Positions 1-10,268 of a stretch of DNA of 64,000 nucleotides are shown here, in pieces (within the stretch, counting starts at the first letter, position 1; each line of letters opens with the position of its first letter). This stretch comes from Halarcobacter sp. Its GTDB lineage: Bacteria > Campylobacterota > Campylobacteria > Campylobacterales > Arcobacteraceae. The notes beneath the pieces are model-generated. The model was not told where the DNA came from. It ran no database searches and worked only from the letters and a program-made list of their open reading frames with translations. The position numbers and the translations under genes are program-made. The stretch covers positions 2,208,001 through 2,272,000 of the forward strand of contig CP182352.1 of assembly GCA_048571215.1 (NCBI GenBank), in the 5' to 3' direction.

Positions 1-415
1 AAAAGTTCATTTTATAGATTCAGGGTTAGCAAGTTACCTTTTAAACTCAAGTGTTGAGGCTTCTTTAGTAGGTAAAAATGAGCATTTAGGAAATCTAGTT
101 GAAACCTTTGTATATAGTGAACTAATTAAACATCAATCATACTCAGAAGAAAATATAGAAATTTATCACTATAGAGACCAACAACAAAAAGAAGTTGATT
201 TTGTAATTGAATCAAATTCAGGTGATATTGTAGCACTTGAAATCAAATCAGGTTCAACCATTAAAAAAGAACAATTTAAAGGTCTTCTAGCTCTAGCTCA
301 AACAATTAAAAAGAAAAATTTTAAAGGTATTGTTTTATATGGTGGAGATAAGATATTGCCTTTCAAAATTGAAGAATATCAATTTTGGGCAATTCCTTTA
401 AGAGTATTAATTTAA
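1..415 (+). CDS. 3' end of AAA+ ATPase / DUF4143 (REase-fold C-terminus) protein, 5'-truncated by window
   Basis: Manual frame-2 translation KVHFIDSGLASYLL...GNLVETFVYSEL...YHYRDQQQKEVDFVIE...ALEIKSG, stop TAA 413-415; motifs typical of AAA_14+DUF4143 proteins; Gly encoded by GGN. Confidence 0.8.
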   Translation, partial: KVHFIDSGLASYLLNSSVEASLVGKNEHLGNLVETFVYSELIKHQSYSEENIEIYHYRDQQQKEVDFVIESNSGDIVALEIKSGSTIKKEQFKGLLALAQTIKKKNFKGIVLYGGDKILPFKIEEYQFWAIPLRVLI

Positions 416-433
416 TTAAATATATTATACTTT

Positions 434-577
434 ATGCATAAATATCAAGAATTAAAATATCTTGAAAAATATAATATATGTGAAGAAGAAAAAATAAAAC
501 TAATAGAAAACTTATATAGATTAGCACATATTAATTTCAATAATTTTATTGAGAATAATTGAAAAATTATATATTAG
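434..577 (+). CDS. small hypothetical protein upstream of the recombinase (42 aa in code 11, 47 aa if TGA is read)
   Basis: ATG 434, MHKYQELKYLEKYNICEEEKIKLIENLYRLAHINFNNFIENN-TGA-KIIY-TAG. Confidence 0.35.
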
Positions 578-594
578 TATTTAAATACAGAGAT

Positions 595-2400
595 ATGAAT
601 AAAAATGTAATTATTTATTGTAGAGTATCTACCGATAAACAATCTAAAACTTGAGAAAGTTTAGAAGAACAAGAAAGGCAATGTAGGGAATATTGTAAAA
701 ATAATGGTTACCAAGTTTTAGCAGTATTTTCAGAACAATTTACTTGAACAAAAGATAGAAGACCAAAAGTTCAAGAAGCTCTAGAGTTTATAAAAAACTC
801 TGAGCTTCAAATTAATCACATCATAGTATTAAAAATAGATAGAGTTAGTAGATGATGAATTTTAATACACGATAGCTTTAAAAATCAATTTAAAGCATTA
901 TGAGTAACATTAAAAGATACATACTGAGTTATATGAGAAGATAAAAATGTAGTTAAAATAGATTGAATTAATACGGATAAATATAATTGGGCAAAAAGTA
1001 ACTCAAATCAAATTGCAGAAAATGTAACTGTAATGATGAGTGAAAATGAAAGAAATACTATACTACAAAGGCTTTTATGACAAGCTATAAAAAATAATAT
1101 GAGATGATACAAAGTTAGAGATTCTGAGTATGGTTATAAAAATGCAAGAATTATGACTGAGTTTTGAAAAAAAACAATACAAGTTGAAAATACAGAAGAG
1201 AGTATTTATATTAAAAAACTATTTGAGTTAAAAGCTAGATGAGATTTAAGTGATAAAAAAATTGTAGATGAAATTAATTTAATGTGATATAAATCTAGAA
1301 AAAGAGTTAAATGGAATAAAGAAAAAACACAGCCAGTATGAAGTATATGATGAAAACCTCTTAGTGTTGAGCAATTGCAAAGGTATTTAAAAATGACTAT
1401 TTATGCTTGAATTGTTTGTGAGGAATGGACTTGAAATAAACCTATTAAAGCACCTTATAATTGATTAGTTAGTTTAGATGTATGGAATAAAGCTAATAGG
1501 GGAAAGTATAGGTTAACAGAAGTAGAAGATTGAATATTTAAAATAGAGTATTTTAATGGAGAAGAAAAAATTGAAGCTCCAATTATTCAAAAACACAAAA
1601 ACTATAATCCTGAGTATCCTTATTGAAAAGTTTTAGAATGTCCTATATGTTGATGACACTTAACAGCTGAAAAATCTAAATCTAAAAATTGAAGCTATCA
1701 TCATTACTATAGTTGTAGATGAAAAAAATGAGTTAGGCACAAAAATTATTGACTAAGAAGAGATGAGATTAATGAATATATTATAGAGACTTTTTCAAAT
1801 ATTAAATTTGATAAAAATATATTAAAAATATTTAATTTAATATCAAAAGATGTTTTTGAAGATAGAAAAAAAGAGCTACAAGAGAAAGATTTATTAATAA
1901 TTCAAAATATAAAAGATTTAGAAGTAAGAAAAGAATCTATTTTAAATAATATCCCAAATATAATAAACTATCCTGATATTTTAGAAGCACAAAATAATGA
2001 GCTTCAAAAAATAAAACACACTATTTGAGAATTACAAATTAAACAAAAAAACAATACTAAGTCTTTATGATTAAAAAGATTTCAAGATTGTTCTAAAAAA
2101 ATTCTCGAACACCTTGATAAACTAGTATTACAAAGGGATAATCCAGAATTAATACAGCTTGCTTTTGATGTAGTTTTTGATTGAAAAGTAAAGTTTGAAA
2201 ATTTAAAATCTCGAACACCAATTAATAAGGAGTTTTTGGCTTTAAATACAAAAAAAGATTTTCAAAAAAATTGAAAATCTTCATTAAATCTCAAATGGTC
2301 GGAAACAAATAAAAGTTACCACACAATAAAGGATTGGATTGTTAAATTAATAGACAAAATTGATAAGTGGCAGTATGTAATTGAGTGAATAAATATTTAA
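595..2400 (+). CDS. large serine recombinase (resolvase + recombinase + Zn-ribbon + coiled coil), 601 aa, encoded with TGA=Gly (code 25)
   Basis: Frame free of TAA/TAG from ATG 595 to TAA 2398-2400 with ~32 in-frame TGA; YCRVSTDKQ catalytic motif, KIDRVSR motif, CPIC[TGA][TGA]HL and YYSC Zn ribbon; TGG is used for Trp. Confidence 0.92.
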
Positions 2401-2797
2401 CATACTCAGGTGCTCTGAGAAATTTGATATTAGAACTTTTTTAAATTATTTATCAATAGTTGACTTGGAGGAATTAGATGAGTTTAAAAAAACTATAATG
2501 AAAGAATGTTAATTCTTTTTAAATCAATAATAAAAATACTTCTTTATATTTTGTGACACTTAATGAGGTGCATTTGTAGTAAAATAAATATTTTACTATT
2601 AAGTTATAAAATAGTTTCTAACATAAAAAATAAAAAACTTAAATATTTTAATAAAAATTCGTTATTATATAAATAATATAATTATTAAATATCTAATTTA
2701 CTAATTATTAAGTTAATAAAATTACATTTTGTAATATTTCTGCTAAATAATATTTTTATAATATATAATAGAAAAAAAAATGAAAGAAGAGTGAATA

Positions 2798-4328
2798 ATG
2801 TCAAATAATTATGAAACCATAGAAACTTTTTTAAATAACTTTGTGGAATCAATAAGAATTACTGATTCTGCACTTGAAAAAGCAGAAGCTCGTTATAAAA
2901 GTATAGGTAATTGGCTTAATAGGGAAGAATCTGCACTTGTTAAATTTGAACCTGAAATTTATTCTCAAGGTTCAATAAGATTAAATATTGCAATTAAACC
3001 TATACATGACGATGAAGAATATGATTTAGATGCAGTTTGTTTATTAAATAGATTAGCAGTAAATATTATAAGCCAAGAAAAATTAAAAAAAATAGTTGGA
3101 GAAGAATTAGACTTATATGTAAAAGAAAATGGGTTTAAAAAACCTTTACATGAGGGAAAAAGATGTTGGACTATAAAATATTCTGATTCTGCACAATTTC
3201 ATATGGATATATTACCATCCGTCCCAGATGAAGAAGGTTTTAGACAAAAGTTATTTGAAAATAATATTACGTTAGATAGTATTAATAAATTACACACATC
3301 AAGTGCAATCTCAATCACAGATAATACTTCTTCAAACTACCCATATATTCATCATGATTGGAATAAGAGTAACCCTAAGGGCTATCATGAATGGTTTAAA
3401 GAAAAATGTAAAGTTACACAATTAACAAAAAGATTTAATTCTTTGATGGTTGCAACTGAAAGCGTTGAAGAGATACCTAGTCAAGGATATAGTTTTACCT
3501 TTACAAAAAGCAATTATGATTTTAAAAAGACATAGAGATATAATGTTTAAAGGTGATAGTGAACATAAACCTATTTCTGTAATTATAACTACTCTAGCAG
3601 CCAAAGCTTATAAAGGAACAAAAGACTTAAAAGAAACTCTAGATGATATTGTTTTTGGGATGGAAAGAGAAATTGACTGCAATGAAAAATGTATAGTTTT
3701 AAATCCAATAAATCCAAATGAAAATTTTGCAGATAAATGGGAAAACGAACCAATAAAAAAAGAAGTTTTTTTTAGATGGTTAGAACAACTTAAAATTGAT
3801 TATAAATATTTGTCATCAGATAACTATGGTAATACAAAAAATTTACTTGAAAATAGTTTTGGAACAAATGCAATACAAAAAACTTATAATGATAGCTTTG
3901 GGGTAGTTAAAAATTTAGCTATAAGAGCTAAGGAATTATTATCTTTATCTCATGTTCAAAAACCAAAATGGGAAAATAATATAAAATATAGAGTTGATAT
4001 TATTTGTATGAAAAGTAAAAATGGATGGATGTCAAAAGATTTAAAAAGTGGTGAACCAATTGAAAAAAATTGGAATTTAAGATTTGAAGCAAAGATACAA
4101 AATATAGGTTCAGGAAGAAAATTTTATTGGCAAGTTGCAAATAGTGGATTAGAAGCTAAAGATGCAAATTGTTTAAGAGGTAGCTTTTATGAAGGAGTAA
4201 TATCTAAAGGTGGAAAAGTTAGAGAAGAATCAACTAGTTACAGTGGCTCACATTTTGTAAGATGTTTTGTTATTCAAGATAATAAATGTGTTGCAATTAG
4301 TGAACCATTTATTGTAAATATTATTTAA
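2798..4328 (+). pseudogene. CBASS CD-NTase (cGAS/DncV-like, SMODS) with C-terminal AGS-C-like domain, split by a 1-nt frameshift near 3493
   Basis: ORF 2798-3535 has SQGS..L...IKP and EYDLD motifs; ORF 3450-4328 continues with PLQKAIMILKRHRD, KPISVIITTL, NPINPNENFADKW and WQVANSG..LRG..EST.Y.G.H..RCF; removing one T from AGTTTTACC joins them into ~509 aa. Confidence 0.85.
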
Positions 4329-4337
4329 GGAAAAAAT

Positions 4338-5378
4338 ATGAAGTCAGTAATGAATTTTATCTTAAAAATTTTTGAACTTTTAAAGAGTGACCCAAAAACT
4401 ACAATAGCGAAATATATTTTTTTTGGAGGTATTGGACTTCGAGGTATTGGACAAATAGTTTATGAATTTTCCGATAAAGATGTTTCTCATACTCTTACAT
4501 TTTCTGATGGTATTGATTATACTGGATATCTTTTAGTCTTTATAGGTATTGTATTATTAATGATTAGATTTTTTACTATAAAAAACAATTCTCCTACTTT
4601 AGCTTATGGTATTGGCATGGAAAATATGGATATACATTTACCGTTAAAAGCAATTCCTAGTTATGAAAGATATGATTGTATAGAGTTAAGTATTCCTGAA
4701 ATAAATTCATATGATAAAAATGAAGTACTTGAAATTTATAAATTTATTAAAACACTAATTAATTCAAGAGTAGAAAATAAAAACTCACAAAAGGTTTATA
4801 TTGGAGCATTAGGAAGTTTTCCATATCTTTTTTTATTAGGAACCTTATTTAGAAATGCATATTCTCATATACAGTTACTAGATTATGATAGACATGCTAG
4901 TGGCGGAGGGAAATGGTATAAGTTACCACCATATAATGAAAGTACAGAAAAGCTATTTCACAAATTAACGTATGAAGATAAATCTATCGAAGAGAAAATA
5001 CATGAGTTAATAGAAAATGAATTAGATGAAGTAGGTATTGCATTATCATATACTTTTCCTATTAATAAAAAGGCTATTCCTGAATACTTAAGAACCAATA
5101 TACTTTATTTAGAGCATACTTATGGTATAGGGCATGACAAATTATCAAATGAGGAAGCACAAAGAAATTTAATTAATGAATTATCTAAATATATATCTTT
5201 ATTTGCTGATAATGGTAAAAAAATTCATTTATTTGTATCTGCACAATCTTCAATATGTATTAATATAGGGAAATCTTATATGAATAATTCTCATGGAACT
5301 TTAATATTACATAATTATGATAGTTCTACAATAAAATATAATTGGAATATTAAGTTTAATAAAAATAATATAGATTAA
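4338..5378 (+). CDS. 2TM-SAVED CBASS effector
   Basis: Two N-terminal hydrophobic segments, then a SAVED-like region (VYIGALGSFPYLFLLG; IHLFVSAQSSICINIGK); directly after the CD-NTase with AAGGA RBS. Confidence 0.8.
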   Translation: MKSVMNFILKIFELLKSDPKTTIAKYIFFGGIGLRGIGQIVYEFSDKDVSHTLTFSDGIDYTGYLLVFIGIVLLMIRFFTIKNNSPTLAYGIGMENMDIHLPLKAIPSYERYDCIELSIPEINSYDKNEVLEIYKFIKTLINSRVENKNSQKVYIGALGSFPYLFLLGTLFRNAYSHIQLLDYDRHASGGGKWYKLPPYNESTEKLFHKLTYEDKSIEEKIHELIENELDEVGIALSYTFPINKKAIPEYLRTNILYLEHTYGIGHDKLSNEEAQRNLINELSKYISLFADNGKKIHLFVSAQSSICINIGKSYMNNSHGTLILHNYDSSTIKYNWNIKFNKNNID

Positions 5379-5423
5379 TTTTTTTGAAATAATACAACAA
5401 TATAATAAAAAAGGATAAATTAA

Positions 5424-6074
5424 ATGACAATAGATTCATATTTTAAAGAATTAAACGAAGCAATTGATTTCACTGATAGTATGGGGTTAAAATTGCCTAA
5501 AAAAATTAATTTTGACTATGATAAACGATATTTTACGGAAGAAGGCAACTATAAACTAATCAAAGTATATAATGATATTTTTCAGTCTAAATTAATTAAT
5601 GTCTCTGATATGTATGAATTTGCATTAGGGATGATTGCAAACTGTAGTCCTCTTCATTATTTTTTAAAAAAATATTTAGATAAAGAGTTAGGTTGCAAAT
5701 CATATTTTACAATAGGATATATATTATTTGACGATGAAAAGGGAAATTCTTATCATAAAATAACTCAAGAAATTGTTAAAGATTGTCTAAATAATTCTAA
5801 GTTTCCTAAGGATCATCATGTATGGTTAACTTTAGATAGTGGTGAAATTCTTGATTTAACATTTCCTTTAACATATTCTAGTATTCATGATAAAAATTTT
5901 AATAATAGTCTAGAGCAAGGTAAAATTGGAATAAGCTTCATAAATCGGCACATTAATGACTTTCAACATTCAATGACATATAAACCAATACTTATAGGTG
6001 AAAATTTTTTTAGTAAAATCGGATTTGATTTAGAAGATATCTCGTATGTTATGTATAATAAATATATAATATAG
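5424..6074 (+). CDS. hypothetical protein
   Basis: 216-aa ORF with AAGGA RBS; C...H.WLTL..GEILDLT pattern loosely recalls papain/transglutaminase-like folds (unverified). Confidence 0.6.
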   Translation: MTIDSYFKELNEAIDFTDSMGLKLPKKINFDYDKRYFTEEGNYKLIKVYNDIFQSKLINVSDMYEFALGMIANCSPLHYFLKKYLDKELGCKSYFTIGYILFDDEKGNSYHKITQEIVKDCLNNSKFPKDHHVWLTLDSGEILDLTFPLTYSSIHDKNFNNSLEQGKIGISFINRHINDFQHSMTYKPILIGENFFSKIGFDLEDISYVMYNKYII

Positions 6075-6173
6075 TTTATATTATTATTTAAATGTATAAA
6101 TTCTTATTAATTGTGACGCATTTGTGACAAAATGTTTATATAATTTACTAGAAATTCAATATAAGGAAAAAAA

Positions 6174-6515
6174 ATGGCATTATCAGAAATTGATTGTAGT
6201 AAAGTAAAAAACCTTGGTGATATTCAAGGTAGTGGAACAATAGACCAAACTGGAGAAAATAAAGGTATAGATAAAGGAAAAGTTGCTTGTATGCAAAAAT
6301 ATTATCTTGATGATAAAAAAAATAAAAAAGAAGCTAATGAAATAAAAATGATGATTAGCAAATATTATAAAAAATATGAGGCTGATGAAAACTTTTATAA
6401 AGCTCTTTGCAATTGTTGTCAAGAAAAAGTCAAAGGTTTTCCAGGTATTGAAGGAAGTAATCAATGGGAAAAGTTATATAAATGCTTATCCAATAAGGGT
6501 TACAAAAAAAGTTAA
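6174..6515 (+). CDS. small Cys-rich hypothetical protein
   Basis: 113-aa ORF with AAGGA RBS. Confidence 0.6.
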   Translation: MALSEIDCSKVKNLGDIQGSGTIDQTGENKGIDKGKVACMQKYYLDDKKNKKEANEIKMMISKYYKKYEADENFYKALCNCCQEKVKGFPGIEGSNQWEKLYKCLSNKGYKKS

Positions 6516-6530
6516 TTATACAAACTAAAA

Positions 6531-6553
6531 TAGGTATAGATTATCTATACCTA
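6531..6553. terminator. palindrome between convergent genes
   Basis: TAGGTATAGA-TTA-TCTATACCTA. Confidence 0.4.
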
Positions 6554-7723
6554 TTTACAAAATGCTTCATCAAAACTTGGTTTGCCTAGAAACTTAACAT
6601 TACTTATCTCAGTAATATCTCTTCTTTGATTTTCTATTATGTGTAAATATCCTATTTCTTTTTTTCTCTCATTATCTATATAGTCTTTTCCTGTAAGTTG
6701 CAATAAATTTATTACAGCATCAATATAAGAAATTTTTTTATCATCTAAATCTTTGCATATTGAATTATGTGTTTCTTCTATAATTTTTTTAATAATATCT
6801 TTTTTTAGGTAATAAATATATTTTGTATCTTTTCCTAAATAAAATATAAAGTCTTTATTTGAGTTTATTTCTACTTCTCTAACAGATGGCACTCTTATTA
6901 TTGCAATATATTTTTTTGAAATTAAATCAATAATATCAATTTTATAACTTGAATTAAAAAGCTCTAAAGTAATTATTAAAGAGTATGCTATAAAAATAAA
7001 TGAAATTGTAGATAAAAACATCCTTTTTAAATGTTCTTTAAAATTGAATCTAGCAATCTTATCAAAAATTAGTATTATAAATAAAACTGCTAAGAAAAGT
7101 CCTCCCACTATTAAAAATGCTTTTATCATATTTTTTATATACAAGTAAGTGATTAAACTTAAGGTATCAAGAGAGAGATTCTCAATAATAACACCTATAT
7201 TTAATAGGTTTTCACTTACTAAAATAGTTACGATAAAAGAAGTTACTACTATAAAGTAATGTATATTTTTTAAAAATAATCCTGTTATCTTATCAAAATT
7301 AAACTCTTTGTTTTTTTCTTTAAACAATTTTTTTAAATAAAAAAATTCTTTCTCAAATCTTTTTAAAATAGTATTGTTTTCTTCTTTATGTTCAATAATC
7401 AAACACTTTATTATTATTTTTTCTTTATTCTCATGAGATACATTAGAAATTTTGTTTTTTAGTCTCTTTAAAAAGCCCTCTAAATTCTTATTTGAATATA
7501 TATTAAAGTGTTCGTATTCTATAATATTTTCATTTGAAACAATTATTGCAAATGCAGAATATTGTTTTTGAGTAGAAAACATAATCTGAAAACTACTAGG
7601 ATCATTTTCATATCTAAAACTTTCTACATACTCATCTATTTTCTGAATATTCTCTAAGTTACATTCAGTAAATAGTCCACTATATAATTTAAAATCTTCA
7701 TTTTCTTTAATCAAAATTGACAA
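6551..7723 (-). CDS. hypothetical membrane protein
   Basis: 390-aa ORF, TTG start with AAGGAG RBS, several hydrophobic segments. Confidence 0.65.
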   Translation of the reverse strand: MSILIKENEDFKLYSGLFTECNLENIQKIDEYVESFRYENDPSSFQIMFSTQKQYSAFAIIVSNENIIEYEHFNIYSNKNLEGFLKRLKNKISNVSHENKEKIIIKCLIIEHKEENNTILKRFEKEFFYLKKLFKEKNKEFNFDKITGLFLKNIHYFIVVTSFIVTILVSENLLNIGVIIENLSLDTLSLITYLYIKNMIKAFLIVGGLFLAVLFIILIFDKIARFNFKEHLKRMFLSTISFIFIAYSLIITLELFNSSYKIDIIDLISKKYIAIIRVPSVREVEINSNKDFIFYLGKDTKYIYYLKKDIIKKIIEETHNSICKDLDDKKISYIDAVINLLQLTGKDYIDNERKKEIGYLHIIENQRRDITEISNVKFLGKPSFDEAFCK

Positions 7724-7813
7724 GTTTTACTCCTTATAATAATTTCTAGTATATAAAAAATATGTCACAATCGACGTCACAAAAAGTATAAATTTTTAAA
7801 TTTATTATTTTAA

Positions 7814-7899
7814 AGCCATTTCCTGCTATTCATTATAATTAAATGGAAGATTAATTCTACTACTATTAGGACTATCCTACAAAGATAAACACTCTGTTC
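7814..7899. repeat. copy 1 of an ~87-bp structured non-coding repeat
   Basis: About 80% identical by manual alignment to 9802-9888 (AGCCA.TTCCTGCTAT.CATT...ACTAT.AGG.CTATCCT...TAAACAC). Confidence 0.8.
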
Positions 7900-8232
7900 A
7901 TTGTTCAATAATTAATCGTCTAGTCAATCAACCAACTAATCAATTCTACAATAAGCAATTTTAAGGAAGTGTTTTTATGCACTTCTTTTTTTGTCTAAAC
8001 ACCTCTCTTAAAAGCTAATACCCATAAAATGTTTTTTGAAAATATTTAACTTCTAAAAATCAAGGATTATAAGGAGGGTCAGCAATTACAATATCCAATT
8101 TTTTCAAAAACCATATTTTGCACAAAAGATTATATAAGTGGCAAAATATTACATTTGACAGCTATTACTTGCATTGTTGATTAATTAGTGGGATTAATCG
8201 TCCTACTATTTTATATTCTTAACTTATATACT

Positions 8233-8406
8233 ATGAGTAAGATAATACATCTATCAGAAAAAGATAGAGAACAAATCGGTAAACTAAAATGTAAAATAAC
8301 CAGTTTACGAAATGAGATAAGCGATTATGAATGGGAATTAAGAAGCATTTATAAAAGCAAGAACTTAAGTAGGTTTGAAATAGAATCTACACTGCAAAAT
8401 TTATAG
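8233..8406 (+). CDS. small coiled-coil hypothetical protein (57 aa)
   Basis: ATG 8233 within track ORF 8188-8406; followed by hairpin AGAGGAA/TTCCTCT + T-run; no SD, like the recoded neighbours. Confidence 0.5.
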   Translation: MSKIIHLSEKDREQIGKLKCKITSLRNEISDYEWELRSIYKSKNLSRFEIESTLQNL

Positions 8407-8446
8407 AGGAATTTTTCCTCTTTTTTTAATACTTAATTTTTATATT

Positions 8447-9193
8447 ATGAAAAATATTACACACAAAGTTATTCAAGGAGGTTGTCTTGAAGTTATGAGA
8501 AAAATACCTAATAATTCAATAGATTTTATTTGTTCTGATTTTCCTTATAACATATCTTGAAAATGAGGTCTTACAATAAAGTGAGACAAAATAGTTAAAG
8601 CTGATTTTTGAGAATGGGATAAATGGGATTCGCAAGATGAATATTTAAACTTTGTATTTGAAATTTGTAACGAATACAAAAGAATATTAAAACCAAATGC
8701 TAGTTTAGTTTTATTCTTCTCTTATCATTATGCAGGATGGTTAGCTTATGAGTTACAAAGAAGATGATTATTTACATTTAGAAATCAAATTATCTTTAAC
8801 AAAGTAAATCCGCAAGTTCATTATAGAAAAAATGGTTTTAGATCATGTCATGAAGTTTGAGTTTGGTTAGTCAATGATTGATGAAATTTTAGTAAGCCAA
8901 GAGTATTTAACTTTTTGTGACAATCTAAAATGAAAAATGTTTTAAATTATGAGATTGGCAAAAATAAGCAATCTAATCATCCTACTGAAAAACCTGAATT
9001 TTTAATATGAGGTTTAATTGAAGTTTTTACAAATATTTGAGATATTGTTTTAGATAGTTTTGCAGGTGGTGGTACTACAGGAGTTGCTGCTTATAAAAAG
9101 AATAGAAGTTGTATTTCTATTGAAAAAGAAGCAGGATTTATTAATACTATTAGAAAAAGGCAAGAAAAAGCCAAAAATAAAAAGGGATATTAG
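8447..9193 (+). CDS. N6-adenine/N4-cytosine DNA methyltransferase (beta-class motif order), 248 aa, encoded with TGA=Gly (code 25)
   Basis: Open from ATG 8447 to TAG 9191-9193 with 11 in-frame TGA; DFPY catalytic motif, DF[TGA]EWD, HPTEKP, NI[TGA]DIVLDSFAGGGTT SAM-binding motif. Confidence 0.92.
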
Positions 9194-9256
9194 TCCCTTT
9201 TTTGTTTCTTTATCTAATAAATAATACAATTATATATTTATATCTAGGTTTATACA

Positions 9257-9715
9257 ATGAAAAAAACAATAATATTTTTATCAACACTAAGTATCTTATC
9301 TTTTGCAAATGATGTTTATACAGATAGTAAAAACAAACTAATGTGGCAAGATAGCAAAGATGTAATGAGTATTCAAAAGCCTTATGTTACAAGAGATAAT
9401 TTTAGTAGTGGAAAATATACTAAACTTTCTGGTGATACTGCTTTTAATTATTGTGATACTTTAGTATTAAATGGTTTTAATGATTGGAGACTTCCAACAA
9501 TTGAAGAGCTTAAGGAACTAAATAAAATACAAGATGATTTATCTTTTAATAAAAGAGGTTCTTATTATTGGAGTTCAACATATAATTTAAAAGATAGTAT
9601 GAAAAATCGTTCTGTTATGGTTGGGCACGATATGAGTTTAAAAAGTCCTTTATGGGATAGAAGTTTAATAGTTGGAAATTATACAAATGTTAGGTGTGTT
9701 AGGGATATTAAATAA
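9257..9715 (+). CDS. secreted DUF1566 (Lcl C-terminal) domain protein
   Basis: Signal peptide; LMWQ, YC..L...GFNDWRLPTIEEL, YWSST, VRCVR motifs. Confidence 0.85.
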   Translation: MKKTIIFLSTLSILSFANDVYTDSKNKLMWQDSKDVMSIQKPYVTRDNFSSGKYTKLSGDTAFNYCDTLVLNGFNDWRLPTIEELKELNKIQDDLSFNKRGSYYWSSTYNLKDSMKNRSVMVGHDMSLKSPLWDRSLIVGNYTNVRCVRDIK

Positions 9716-9801
9716 GACTAAACATTTGCTCACCGCGAAAGCTTATAATTTATTATAAGTCGTGGATGAGCCAACAACTGCAAGGTGTTAGTTTTTTATA
9801 G

Positions 9802-9888
9802 AGCCAATTCCTGCTATCCATTCCAATCAAATCAAAGATTTAATTCCATTACTATCAGGGCTATCCTGCGGAGCTAAACACCCTCTTC
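9802..9888. repeat. copy 2 of an ~87-bp structured non-coding repeat
   Basis: Direct imperfect repeat of 7814-7899; internal stems CCTG/CAGG and AATCAAATC/GATTTAATT. Confidence 0.8.
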
Positions 9889-10268
9889 TATTTTTAAATT
9901 TTTATTTCATAACAGAATAAAAACAACAAACATTTCTTTTATTAGATTTTGCAAACTCAATTGTTCATAAGCTTTTTAGTCGCTATATTCTAATATCTTA
10001 TTTACTGACTCTAAAATTAAATTCTCAATATTTCAAATTCTAATTTTATACCAAGCAAAAAGCTATTTCATTTCACTTTGAAAAAAGCCCAATGAACTAA
10101 CTAAAGAGGCAAAAGCCTAAAAAAGATAAAGAGTTTAGTTTTTCTCTTCTTAAAATTAAAAAGAAGAGTTAAAAACCCTTCTGAATCTTCAAAAGAAGCA
10201 AATGCGGTTTTGCGTCGCTTAGCAAAATCTTTCTTTAGAAAAAAGGCAAAACTTTTAAAGGATATGAG

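Noticed and set aside
2402..2512. Short open frame and CTCAG/CTGAG hairpin after the serine recombinase as its att site
   Set aside because: No second copy or partner half-site found in the window.
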